Below are positions 1 through 9,673 of a DNA stretch of 64,000 bases, piece after piece. Source of the stretch: Ignavibacteriota bacterium. Its GTDB lineage: Bacteria; Bacteroidota; Ignavibacteria; UBA10030. The stretch is taken from the NCBI GenBank assembly GCA_963701295.1, contig OY969585.1, forward strand, positions 768,001 to 832,000. The letters are read 5' to 3'. Position 1 is the stretch's first letter; each line of letters starts with the position of its first letter. Position numbers and translations under genes: made by a program. The notes beneath the pieces were generated by a model. The model worked only from the letters and a program-made list of their open reading frames with translations, ran no database searches and was not told the DNA's origin.

Positions 1-63
1 ATCTCGAAGAATTACCCACCCTGATATGACACCTGCTAGAGTCAGAGACAAGGGTGAGAACAT
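1..63 (-). CDS. 5' end of a gene running off the left edge of the window (hydrophobic N-terminus)
   Basis: On the minus strand GAAAGGA precedes an ATG at 63; the frame is open to the edge (MFSPLSLTLAGVISGWVILRD...); divergent from lemA. Confidence 0.5.
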   Translation of the reverse strand, partial: MFSPLSLTLAGVISGWVILRD

Positions 64-164
64 TAATCCTTTCTTTACGAATCTCTTTTAAAGAATTATT
101 TCCATTATATTGAAAATATTGTTATACTTTATTGAAACGAGTTAAACCACTATCGGAGGAACCC

Positions 165-728
165 ATGTCATTCTTTATTCTTCTCGCTTTCGTTATCGTT
201 CTCATTCTTCTTTTCGTCGGAATTTACAATTCTCTCGTCAAGATTCGCAATCAGGTACGTAATGCATGGGAACAAATTGATGTGCAGCTCAAACGCCGGC
301 ACGATCTCATACCCAATCTTGTTAATGCAGTAAAAGGACAAATGGAATTTGAAAAGAGTACGCTCGAAGGTGTTATTCAAGCCCGTGCAGCGGCTGTCGG
401 CGCAAAAAATATTACCGAGAGCATTGCGAAAGAAGACTTGCTCTCATCGGCGCTTTCAAAGCTTTTTGCCGTCGTGGAAAACTATCCTACTTTGAAAGCA
501 AACGAGAGTGTACAACCACTCATGGAAGAATTGACAACCACGGAGAATCAAATCTCATTTGCACGCCAATTCTACAACGACATCACGACGACGTTTAATA
601 CCAAGCTCGAAATATTTCCCACCAATCTTTTTGCATCAGCATTGGGCTTTAAGCTGTTTCCTTTGTTTCAGATAAAAGATGCCGCCGAGCGTGAAGTACC
701 AACTGTCGATCTCTCGTTAAAAAAATAA
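165..728 (+). CDS. lemA: LemA family protein
   Basis: N-terminal TM, YNSLV...W..IDVQLKRRHDLIPNLV, ENYP.LKAN, EN.I..ARQFYN motifs; GGAGG RBS before ATG 165. Confidence 0.95.
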   Translation: MSFFILLAFVIVLILLFVGIYNSLVKIRNQVRNAWEQIDVQLKRRHDLIPNLVNAVKGQMEFEKSTLEGVIQARAAAVGAKNITESIAKEDLLSSALSKLFAVVENYPTLKANESVQPLMEELTTTENQISFARQFYNDITTTFNTKLEIFPTNLFASALGFKLFPLFQIKDAAEREVPTVDLSLKK

Positions 729-800
729 CTTTCAGTATATCCTTCGCAAGGTTTTCTCTTTCCAAACCAAGAGACCTTGCGAAGAGTATCAAGGCAATCC

Positions 801-1790
801 ATGTCTGAACCCATTCTCTTACAATCGCGTAACATCTACGAACAGCAGGCGCACAACCGACGGATGACATGGCTTGTCATGGTATCAGTTGTTCTTTTGT
901 TTGCAATCTTGGGATTGGGATTTGATTATTTCTATCTTGGGATTTTTAGTAAAAATAGTGCAAATTTTCCTGTTATAACTTTCGGCGCAATAATTTTGAG
1001 CGTTGCGTTTGCTTTTTTTACTCTTCAAAATGGAGCATCTACTGTGCTTACATCTGCAGAAGCGTTTCCTGCCGACCCAAAGAACGCTAATCATCGTCAG
1101 CTTTTCAATGTTGTTCAAGAAATATCTATCGCTTCCGGATTGCCGGCACCTCGCGTGTACATTATTCCCGATGATGATCCGAATGCATTTGCGACAGGGA
1201 AGGATCCACAGCATAGTTATATTGCAGTTACACAGGGACTTCTTACAATTCTTGATCGTGATGAATTGCAGGGTGTGATTGCGCACGAGATGAGTCATAT
1301 TCGATATTATGACATCCGATTGATGACGGTTGTGGCTGCATTAGTCGGCGCTATTGTTTTATTGGCAGATATAACTCTTCGAGGATTGCGGTTTGGATTA
1401 TTTTCCGGAAAAGGCAGTCGGTCAAAAGGAAAAAATCCTTTGGGCGCCCTGCTCCTTATTCTTTGGCTGCTAACGGCAGTACTTGCACCAATTATCACAC
1501 AATTGATGGCTATGATGATTTCACGGAAACGGGAATATCTTGCCGATGCATCAGCTGCTGAACTTACAAGAAATCCTATCGCACTTGCAAAAGCACTTCA
1601 AAAGTTAGAGAATGCCTCGGCACCAACCGTTGCCATCAAACGAGGCATCGCACATCTTTGTGTTGTAGACCCACTTGGGAAAAAAGTGAATGAAAAAGAA
1701 GGATTCTGGGCAGAACTCTTTGCCACGCACCCACCTATGCAAAAACGTATTATGCTCCTGAAGGCGATGTCATATCAACAAGTTTCTTAA
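801..1790 (+). CDS. htpX: M48 family zinc metalloprotease HtpX-like (copy 1)
   Basis: PNAFATG, HEMSH, SRKREYLAD, FATHPP motifs; usual lemA partner; start moved to ATG 801. Confidence 0.92.
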   Translation: MSEPILLQSRNIYEQQAHNRRMTWLVMVSVVLLFAILGLGFDYFYLGIFSKNSANFPVITFGAIILSVAFAFFTLQNGASTVLTSAEAFPADPKNANHRQLFNVVQEISIASGLPAPRVYIIPDDDPNAFATGKDPQHSYIAVTQGLLTILDRDELQGVIAHEMSHIRYYDIRLMTVVAALVGAIVLLADITLRGLRFGLFSGKGSRSKGKNPLGALLLILWLLTAVLAPIITQLMAMMISRKREYLADASAAELTRNPIALAKALQKLENASAPTVAIKRGIAHLCVVDPLGKKVNEKEGFWAELFATHPPMQKRIMLLKAMSYQQVS

Positions 1791-1835
1791 ATAGCTTTCA
1801 GGTATATGAAACCATCGTTTTTTTTATCGACATTC

Positions 1836-1864
1836 TTGCTTTTTTAAGTAAATAGTTATACACT
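1836..1864 (+). promoter_or_regulatory. Putative sigma70 promoter of the OMP gene
   Basis: TTGCTT-N17-TACACT. Confidence 0.45.
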
Positions 1865-1941
1865 TGACCAGAAATTTTACAGGATTTTATAGCAACATTA
1901 TTGTTGCACTTTCACACTATCACAATCAAAGGAGAAGTCTC

Positions 1942-3369
1942 ATGAAAAGAACCATTTCCCTGTTTTTGTTGGCCTTCGTTCTGCTTGGTGTTGCCCAAGC
2001 GCAGGAAACAAAGTCTGTTCCTGGCGGTTTAGCCCGCGAAATGGCGCTGGGCGGAAGCCCGAACAATGCATACTTGATGGACTATACCGATGTGTATACA
2101 AACCCAGCATGGGCAGTGAAGTACGGTGACCTCATCTACTCAGAACTTGGTTACAGCTTTGCAGGATATAGTGCAAGCGGACAATCTGCTGGATTTACCT
2201 ATGCCGTATGGAAGGGGCTTTCAATTGGTTTATCCGTAGGCAAACAAGAAGGACCAATATTTGGCCAAAATTCATATGGTTCTCAATTTGGTGGAAACGC
2301 AGCAAATGCAGATAATTTCATGGTTCCTTTTAACACAATTTTATCAGCACATGGTTACTCAGCGCTCTCGACGAATACGTTGCGTCCCTTTCAAGTGTAT
2401 GGTGCGTTGAAGCTTGCTAACCTTACCCTTGGTCTTGCATTCTATCGTGTCGGTTATTCTACCACGGATGATTATACAGCCGCCGCAGGTGATGCCACCA
2501 ATACAACAGATGAGGTCTCCATAGGTCAAACTGGGCTTAAAGCTGGAGCTCTTTTAGATATGGATGTTATGTTGCTTGATGTGTCTGCATTATTACGCAT
2601 TAATAGTGCGACTGCAAAAAACACTCCGCCAACAACTCCAGCAAACCCTTCACCAAATGAAGAAGTTGATGCGACTGGAACGGAACTTGGTTTGAATGCA
2701 CGACTCTTCATGAAACTCAGCGATAAATTCTCGCTGGTTCCAATGGCTCGCTTTTACACATTTGGATATGAACCAGAGGAGAAAAGTATAGGTCAAGCTG
2801 TACCTGCCGGTGATAAATACAACTCGAAACCAGACAAATACAGCCGTACAGATATTGAATTTGGCCTCGGCTCCAATATAACGGTGAATGGCGGACGTGT
2901 GTTCGCTGGATTGAGCCTTGAATCAATTTCCTTGAAATATGTAGCTACATCGTTTGTAGGTGGGGTAACTGGTTTTGTCCCAGTTGCAACCCAGACGCAA
3001 ACAATAACATACACGAACAGCGTTCTTTCTCTGCCAAAAGTGAATCTCGGTGCCGAGTTTGACATTGCAAGCTGGCTCACTGGTCGTCTCGGGTTCTTTA
3101 AAGCGTTTGCAACCCAGACAAACACAACAGAAGCTCCTGCACCAGCAAGGAAGCAAGAATCTAAACAGACATTTGAATTTCAATACATGCCGGCATGCAG
3201 TTTAGCTGTCGCAGATCAGCTCTTGTCTCTCGGAATTGGTCTTCACTTCGACAGGTTATCGATCGATGGATATCTCTGTGAAGAATGGCTGGCTGATGGA
3301 ATTTATATAGCCAGCGGCAGGGCAAATGCTATGTTCGGTGTTCTTTCAATGAGTTATAGCTTTAATTAA
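1942..3369 (+). CDS. Outer-membrane beta-barrel protein (porin/FadL-like, unknown family)
   Basis: AAGGAG RBS, signal peptide (AQA-Q), alternating amphipathic beta strands, aromatic C-terminal strand (LSMSYSFN). Confidence 0.75.
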   Translation: MKRTISLFLLAFVLLGVAQAQETKSVPGGLAREMALGGSPNNAYLMDYTDVYTNPAWAVKYGDLIYSELGYSFAGYSASGQSAGFTYAVWKGLSIGLSVGKQEGPIFGQNSYGSQFGGNAANADNFMVPFNTILSAHGYSALSTNTLRPFQVYGALKLANLTLGLAFYRVGYSTTDDYTAAAGDATNTTDEVSIGQTGLKAGALLDMDVMLLDVSALLRINSATAKNTPPTTPANPSPNEEVDATGTELGLNARLFMKLSDKFSLVPMARFYTFGYEPEEKSIGQAVPAGDKYNSKPDKYSRTDIEFGLGSNITVNGGRVFAGLSLESISLKYVATSFVGGVTGFVPVATQTQTITYTNSVLSLPKVNLGAEFDIASWLTGRLGFFKAFATQTNTTEAPAPARKQESKQTFEFQYMPACSLAVADQLLSLGIGLHFDRLSIDGYLCEEWLADGIYIASGRANAMFGVLSMSYSFN

Positions 3370-3393
3370 GCTGTTGTATGTTTCATTTTTCTC

Positions 3394-3431
3394 AGGCGAT
3401 TCAGTTTCTGCTGAATCGCCTTTTTTATTTT
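3394..3431 (+). terminator. Rho-independent terminator after the OMP gene
   Basis: AGGCGATTCAG-tttctg-CTGAATCGCCT followed by a T run. Confidence 0.9.
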
Positions 3432-3491
3432 CGTTCTTATGAGTATCATGAAGGTAATGAAACCTCATAGGTCTCGATAAGGAAAAGAAAA

Positions 3492-4733
3492 ATGTCCGAA
3501 TCTATTCTCACCCATGCACACAACATCTACGAACAGCAAGCACACAACCGCAGAATGACATGGCTGCTCATTGTGACATTCATACTTCTGGTTGCTGCTG
3601 TCGGTGTGGGATTTGATGTCTTCTTAACAGTTGATTCGCCAGCAAGATTCATCATGCTTCCGTTCGTTCTCCTGATGGTTGTATCCAGCATCTGGAATTT
3701 CCGTCAAAGAGCCGCGGAAGGATTATGGAAAAAACCACAAGCATTTGCCGATGATGACGATAATTCGGAATTTTTCAAGTTACCCTTGTACATTGTTCTT
3801 GGGACTATGATGTTGATTACCTTGCTTATGTTACAATTTTTTCCGCATAAGTTGTTTCCCGATTTTTTTAACTACCATCTATTACGCTACCTGCCAATAG
3901 GAACAATTTTAGCTGTTATAATCTGTATAGGATCAATTCTTACAAGCTTACATTGGGGAATGAACTCTGTGCTCTGGTCTGTTCAGGCAACAAGTCTGAG
4001 CGAAGAAACCAATGATACACCCGAGTTATTCGATGTTGTCAAAGAAATGAGCCTTGCAGCCGGTATCCCAACTCCTTCGATCTATGTTGTCAAAGATTCC
4101 GATCCTAACGCTTTTACTGTTGGAACAGATCCAACAAAAAGTTCTATTGTTGTAACAACGGGCTTACTTGCAATACTTGACCGTGAGGAACTACAGGGCG
4201 TCATCGCACATGAAATGAGTCATATCCGTAATTCTGACACACGACTTATGACAACCATTACAGTTCTTTTTGGAGCCGTGCTTTTGCTTTCTGAGTGGAT
4301 GAAGAAGAGCGCACTTCTCGGCGGATTTGCAGGGAGTCGCGTACCTGGTGCAGGAGGGGCTTTACGTGTTGTCTTTCTAGTTGGGTGGCTTCTTACATTG
4401 ATCTTGGCTCCCTTAATCGCACGCATTGTTGCAATGGCAGTGTCGCGTCAGCGTGAATATCTGGCAGATGCAGGCGGTGCCGAACTCACACGGAATCCCA
4501 AGGCACTCGCTACTGCATTGATAAAAATCGAGAATGTCGCAGAACCGACGACTTCCTTTCAGAAAGGAATTGCCCATATGTGCGTTGTCGATCCTCTAGG
4601 GAAAAAAATCAACGAGAAAGAAGGCTGGTGGGCAAATCTCTTTGCGACACACCCTCCGATGAAGAATCGCATTCTGTTGTTAAACGCAATGGCATATAAT
4701 TCGATAGCAGTTTCGGAACATACTACCAAGTAA
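3492..4733 (+). CDS. htpX: M48 family HtpX-like protease (copy 2, with an N-terminal membrane insertion)
   Basis: PNAF, HEMSH, SRQREYLAD, FATHPP; N- and C-termini nearly identical to copy 1. Confidence 0.9.
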   Translation: MSESILTHAHNIYEQQAHNRRMTWLLIVTFILLVAAVGVGFDVFLTVDSPARFIMLPFVLLMVVSSIWNFRQRAAEGLWKKPQAFADDDDNSEFFKLPLYIVLGTMMLITLLMLQFFPHKLFPDFFNYHLLRYLPIGTILAVIICIGSILTSLHWGMNSVLWSVQATSLSEETNDTPELFDVVKEMSLAAGIPTPSIYVVKDSDPNAFTVGTDPTKSSIVVTTGLLAILDREELQGVIAHEMSHIRNSDTRLMTTITVLFGAVLLLSEWMKKSALLGGFAGSRVPGAGGALRVVFLVGWLLTLILAPLIARIVAMAVSRQREYLADAGGAELTRNPKALATALIKIENVAEPTTSFQKGIAHMCVVDPLGKKINEKEGWWANLFATHPPMKNRILLLNAMAYNSIAVSEHTTK

Positions 4734-6077
4734 ATGTATCGAATGAAAAAGATGAATAACTTAAGTATGAGAGTGACGAAGTATCAAAAGAGATTTTTAA
4801 CATATAGCTTTATACTATGTTCCATGTTTATTCTATTAAGCACCTGTTGTTCAGTTCTCATCGCCCAATCCAAGCTTCTTATCCCGATGGATCTTAAACA
4901 AACCGATCATCTTAAATCGTATGGTGTTGCATTTTGGCTGCTGGAAAAAAACGGTGAAGTCGATTGGCTGCTCAATTACCGCGGTGGTTCATTCATGATG
5001 GATTACAGCGATGTGTTGGCTCGGGAATGCCGCATTCGCGGTGTATTCTTCGAATCACTCGCGGCCAGCGATGCCGCATCGATTTATGCCGAAGTCCAAC
5101 GTGAAGACAACAATCAAGACGTGGTTCGGCTGGAAAAAGCACCAAGGATTGCGGTCTACGCCCCGCCGGGTTTCAAACCGTGGGATGACGCAGTGACAAT
5201 GGCCCTGGAATATGCAGAGATCCCTTATACAAAAGTGTGGGATGAGGAAATCCTCTCCGGAAAACTTTCCGAATATGATTGGCTTCATTTACATCACGAA
5301 GATTTCACCGGTCAGTATGGAAAATTCTATTCCAACTTCCGTAATGCGCCATGGTATATTGAACAGCAAATGCTGTACGAGCGCGAAGCAAAGCGGCTCG
5401 GTTACAAAAAGGTATCAGAAGAAAAAAAAGCAGTTGCGCGTTCAATTAAGGAATTTGTAGGTAACGGCGGATTTATGTTTGCGATGTGCTCTGCAACAGA
5501 CAGCTACGACATTGCCTTAGCGGCAGAAAACGTTGACATCTGTGATGTAATGTTCGATGGCGATCCGCCGGACAGGAACGCACAATCGAAGCTTGATTTC
5601 AGCAAAACGCTTGCATTCGAGAATTTTACGATCGATATGAATCCATTCCGATATGAATATTCCGATATCGACATTCCTCCAAGCGATCCGCCTCCGATTC
5701 GCGATCCAAACACTGATTACTTTACGCTCTTCGAATTCTCCGCCAAGTACGACCCCGTACCGACGATGCTCACGCAAGATCACGTCAATATTATCAAAGG
5801 ATTTATGGGGCAAACAACTGCGTTCAAAAAAAGCTTGATCAAGAAAAATGTTACCATCCTGGCGGAACGTGAAGGAACGGAAGAAGTGAAATACATCCAC
5901 GGCAACTTCGGGCGAGGCACATTCACATGGTACGGCGGACATGATCCCGAGGACTACCAACATGCCGTCGGCGACCCGCCAACCGACTTGAATCTGCACA
6001 AGAACTCACCTGGTTACAGGTTGATCCTCAACAATGTCCTTTTCCCTGCGGCAAAAAAGAAACAACAGAAAACATAA
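4734..6077 (+). CDS. Exported class I glutamine-amidotransferase-like protein (FCB family often mislabelled 'asparagine synthetase B'); start uncertain
   Basis: Signal peptide (LIA-Q), WLLNYRGGSF, PWDDAV, HLHHEDF, GGFMFAMCSATD, GGHDPED motifs. Confidence 0.7.
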   Translation: MYRMKKMNNLSMRVTKYQKRFLTYSFILCSMFILLSTCCSVLIAQSKLLIPMDLKQTDHLKSYGVAFWLLEKNGEVDWLLNYRGGSFMMDYSDVLARECRIRGVFFESLAASDAASIYAEVQREDNNQDVVRLEKAPRIAVYAPPGFKPWDDAVTMALEYAEIPYTKVWDEEILSGKLSEYDWLHLHHEDFTGQYGKFYSNFRNAPWYIEQQMLYEREAKRLGYKKVSEEKKAVARSIKEFVGNGGFMFAMCSATDSYDIALAAENVDICDVMFDGDPPDRNAQSKLDFSKTLAFENFTIDMNPFRYEYSDIDIPPSDPPPIRDPNTDYFTLFEFSAKYDPVPTMLTQDHVNIIKGFMGQTTAFKKSLIKKNVTILAEREGTEEVKYIHGNFGRGTFTWYGGHDPEDYQHAVGDPPTDLNLHKNSPGYRLILNNVLFPAAKKKQQKT

Positions 6078-6209
6078 TGGAGATGTATCTGTAGAAGAAA
6101 TTAAAAGATAGTAAAACACGAAGACGAAAAAACCTTCATTTCTCTTTTATTTTTTAGTCTCAATTGTATGAAATTTCATACTTGAAATGCCAGCAAAGGA
6201 GTACCTCTT

Positions 6210-6283
6210 GTGAAGAAAATTATAGTCGGGATTTCGTTCGAAGCAATCGCTGGAATTATCGATATCATTCCAATGATTGCTCA
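6210..6283 (+). pseudogene. Truncated N-terminal remnant of a small membrane-protein gene
   Basis: AAGGAG RBS plus GTG start; MKKIIVGISFEAIAGIIDIIPMI reads like a real membrane-protein N-terminus, then runs into the stop codon of the convergent CDF gene. Confidence 0.4.
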
Positions 6284-7642
6284 CCTCGGTTCTGCATGTA
6301 TCGTAATTCGCCGCAATTGTTTGAAGTGTTGGAAGAGAACAGTCTCAATCTCAGAAATAATCTGGTGTACTTCGTCAAGTGTTTTCGTTTTGTCGATCTG
6401 ACATGTTAGTGTTGCGTTGTACTTATTTCCTTCCTGCAGCAGCATCAATTCCGTGCATGACAACACATCTTTCTGCTTCTCGGTGATCGAACGAATCTCT
6501 GAGGATAACGCATTTTCTATCTTTGTAACATCATGGAGAGGGTGCTCGTTCGCTTCATACTCCTCCATATGAATCGTCACCTTACCGACCGATGGAAGTT
6601 GATTCTGAATCTGGCGCTCAATGTCCGAAGATATTTCGTGTGCTTCAGCAAACGAGAGTCCTTTCGCATATTCAACATCGAAATCTATGTAATATTTTCC
6701 ACCAATCAGATGCACTTCGATGTTATGCGGTGCGCGAAGTCCTCTGTCCATCACAACCATTCGAATTTTATCGATGATGGTCTCATCCCTCGTTTCAAAC
6801 GGCTCCGAGTGAACAACCACATCGGCATTCGCATGGACTACATGGACGCTTCGTTCAATGCTGTCCATAATAGCATGAGCGCTTTGAAAGGGAATAGTCC
6901 GACGGATAGCAACAACCGTATCTATAAAAATATGATCGCCGGAAGGGCGAATGCGAAGTTTACGCAGTTCTTCTACTCCGTCCACTGAATTTATTGCCTG
7001 CTCAATTTCTTTTACCAAATCCTTTGGCACACGATCCATCAGCGCATCGATCGTACGACGGCCTAACCGATAACTGACAAAGAGAACCAGCAACGCAACA
7101 GCAATGGCAGCGAGAGCGTCGAACACCGGATATCCGATCCACACAAAGAACAAACCGCAGATAACAGTGAGCGACGTCCATACATCGCTGGAAAAATGGA
7201 GAGCGTCGGCCTCTAATGCCTGACTGTGATATTTTTTCGCAACTCGGTAGAGTGCCCGTGACCGACTGACATCTATGACGATCGCTGTGCCCATCACAAT
7301 GAAACTCCAAATGTTTGTTTCAACATGGTGCGTTTGGACAAGAAGACGGCTGACACCTTCCCAGATGATCCAAGCACAGGTGATCACGAGGAGAAGTGTT
7401 TCGACAAAAGCAGAGATGTTTTCCAGTTTCCCGTGGCCATATTGATGGTCTTCATCAGCAGGACGGTCGGCAAAGGTCACGGCAAACAACGTGATGATTG
7501 CGGCTATCAGATCAAGACCTGAGTGCGCTGCTTCAGAGAGAATGCCAAGACTGTCCGTCCGCCATCCAATATAGAGTTTGAACCCCGTCAGAAAAACTGC
7601 AGCGGCAACAGAGGTTAACGCAATGAATTTCTTTTCTTTCAT
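6281..7642 (-). CDS. Cation diffusion facilitator (FieF-like) with three tandem C-terminal dimerisation domains
   Basis: HSGLD and HFSSD metal sites, H.YGHGK.E motif, three CTDs ending VVHSEP, TIHMEE and TIHAEP. Confidence 0.92.
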   Translation of the reverse strand: MKEKKFIALTSVAAAVFLTGFKLYIGWRTDSLGILSEAAHSGLDLIAAIITLFAVTFADRPADEDHQYGHGKLENISAFVETLLLVITCAWIIWEGVSRLLVQTHHVETNIWSFIVMGTAIVIDVSRSRALYRVAKKYHSQALEADALHFSSDVWTSLTVICGLFFVWIGYPVFDALAAIAVALLVLFVSYRLGRRTIDALMDRVPKDLVKEIEQAINSVDGVEELRKLRIRPSGDHIFIDTVVAIRRTIPFQSAHAIMDSIERSVHVVHANADVVVHSEPFETRDETIIDKIRMVVMDRGLRAPHNIEVHLIGGKYYIDFDVEYAKGLSFAEAHEISSDIERQIQNQLPSVGKVTIHMEEYEANEHPLHDVTKIENALSSEIRSITEKQKDVLSCTELMLLQEGNKYNATLTCQIDKTKTLDEVHQIISEIETVLFQHFKQLRRITIHAEPR

Positions 7643-7788
7643 GACAGCAAAGTTCTGGTAAAGAATAATTATCCGTGCGAGTTAATATACCGCGCGTTTA
7701 CATAGAGTTCAACCATAAACAGACACGATGCAATCGTTGCCTCCATGAAGAGAGAATTCATCGTTTAATGTATACGGAAGCAACTCCG

Positions 7789-7818
7789 GTTGCACTCCAA
7801 TTGACGTTTTTCTATATT
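7789..7818 (+). promoter_or_regulatory. Putative sigma70 promoter of the phosphoesterase-LytS-LytTR operon
   Basis: TTGCAC-N17-TATATT about 15 nt upstream of the ATG. Confidence 0.55.
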
Positions 7819-7832
7819 CACTTATCAGGATA

Positions 7833-8534
7833 ATGAAATACGCAATCATCTCCGATATTCATTCCAACCTTGAAGCGCTGACAAAAGCGCTGGAAATCAT
7901 CGACCAGCGATCTGTGGATGAAATTATCTGTCTTGGCGATATCGTCGGTTATGCTGCGAATCCGAACGAGTGTCTAGCACTCGTTCGCCAGCGATGCAGC
8001 ACTGTCATCAAAGGAAATCACGATGAAGCACTCCTCAACGACAGCATTACCATGCACTTCACAGAAGATGCCCGTTCAGCCATTGAGTGGACACGCAAGC
8101 GGATCAACGAAGAATATATTTCCTACCTTCGTACACTTTCCCTTTCTATAAAAAAAGACGATCTTCTCTTTGTGCATGCTTCACCGTGCCATCCGGAACA
8201 ATGGAAATATATTCTTGAAAACAAAGCCGCGGCAAGCGCTCTTCAATGCTTTTCAGAACCTCTCTGCTTTATCGGACATACGCATACACCTGCAATATTT
8301 TCCACTGCTGGGCGAGTTCGCAACGTGATGAAAGGCGAACGCTATCTCATTAATGTTGGAAGTGTTGGTCAGCCGCGCGACCGGATAACGGATTTAAGCT
8401 TTGGTATATTCGATACGGACACTTGGACATATGAAAACATACGAAGTCCATATGACGTAGAACTAACGGTGAAGAAGATTCTTGCCACGGATTTACCATC
8501 CGCTTTGGGTTATCGATTGTTGACGGGAAAATGA
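7833..8534 (+). CDS. Calcineurin-like metallophosphoesterase (YfcE/MJ0912-like)
   Basis: SDIHSN, LGDIVG, GNHD, VHAS, GHTH, NVGSVGQPRD. Confidence 0.92.
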   Translation: MKYAIISDIHSNLEALTKALEIIDQRSVDEIICLGDIVGYAANPNECLALVRQRCSTVIKGNHDEALLNDSITMHFTEDARSAIEWTRKRINEEYISYLRTLSLSIKKDDLLFVHASPCHPEQWKYILENKAAASALQCFSEPLCFIGHTHTPAIFSTAGRVRNVMKGERYLINVGSVGQPRDRITDLSFGIFDTDTWTYENIRSPYDVELTVKKILATDLPSALGYRLLTGK

Positions 8535-9673
8535 TAAATGTCATACGCTTGGATGGAATGAGTATGAACAAACAGCGATTGAACTTCTTCTTTATTATTT
8601 TTAGTACGTGGATTATCTTCGGCCTTTTTTTAGCCCTGGACATGTATCTTTTTTATCCGTTTCCACGGCAATCGTTTAATCTTTACAATGAACTTAGCTG
8701 GGAACTAACATTATCGTTGATATGGGCGTTTTCGACACCCATCGTTATCGCAATTTCAAGACGATTTCCCATTGAACGCAAAACATGGATCCGACGTGTC
8801 AGTTTGCATCTTATCGTTAGCTTTACGCTAAGCTTTTTTCAGTGTTTAGCGCATGGGTTAATAAGAATAGTAATTCTCCACCCGGCTTTCAGTGAGAACA
8901 CATCTATTTTACGCCAATCGCTCTTTTACAACATCGATAAAATGATGATGGTATATTTCATAATTCTTTTTGTGGATCACGGAGTTTCGTATTCCCGCAA
9001 ACTAAAAGAGAATGAAGTTCGCGCATCAAAACTTGAAGCACAACTGATGCAGGCACAACTCCAGGCATTGAAAATGCAACTCCACCCTCACTTTCTTTTC
9101 AACACGCTGAACGCGGTGACAACCTTGCTCCACAAAGATCCGATGGCTGCAGAGCGTATGATTGTCCGTTTGGGTGACTTGTTGCGTTTTACATTGGAGA
9201 AAGCCGGAACGCAGCTTGTCCCTTTACAGGAAGAAATCCAATTTCTTAAAAGCTATCTCGAAATTGAACAAATTCGTTTTCACGACAGGATCTCTATTGT
9301 CTTCGATGTTCCACTTGATACTGTCGACTTGCAAGTGCCTATTTTTTTACTCCAACCGTTAGTGGAAAATGCCATCAAACACGGATTTGCGCCATCCTCT
9401 GCCCCGGGGAAGATTGAAATCATTGCACGACGTGAAAATAGCGCTCTCCGATTACTTGTGAAAGACAATGGAGCAGGAATTCGATCCAAAACAGGATCAG
9501 GAGTTCGCGAAGGAGTTGGGATTTCAAATACAAAAGCTCAATTGCGTCAATTGTACAATTCATCTTTTAACTTCGAATTGATAAACAGTGAGAATGGAGG
9601 AACAACTGCAAGTATTAGTATTCCACTGAGACATGCGGAAAAAGAACTTTCAACCGGAGCTTCCTCCCAATGA
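8531..9673 (+). CDS. LytS/YehU-type sensor histidine kinase
   Basis: Four N-terminal TM segments, QLHPHFLFNTLN H-box, LQPLVENAIKHG, DNGAG, GVGISN. Confidence 0.93.
   Translation: MINVIRLDGMSMNKQRLNFFFIIFSTWIIFGLFLALDMYLFYPFPRQSFNLYNELSWELTLSLIWAFSTPIVIAISRRFPIERKTWIRRVSLHLIVSFTLSFFQCLAHGLIRIVILHPAFSENTSILRQSLFYNIDKMMMVYFIILFVDHGVSYSRKLKENEVRASKLEAQLMQAQLQALKMQLHPHFLFNTLNAVTTLLHKDPMAAERMIVRLGDLLRFTLEKAGTQLVPLQEEIQFLKSYLEIEQIRFHDRISIVFDVPLDTVDLQVPIFLLQPLVENAIKHGFAPSSAPGKIEIIARRENSALRLLVKDNGAGIRSKTGSGVREGVGISNTKAQLRQLYNSSFNFELINSENGGTTASISIPLRHAEKELSTGASSQ

Noticed and set aside
4734-6077. Calling this gene asnB
   Set aside because: It lacks the N-terminal Cys Ntn domain and the SGGLDS ATP motif, and it has a signal peptide.
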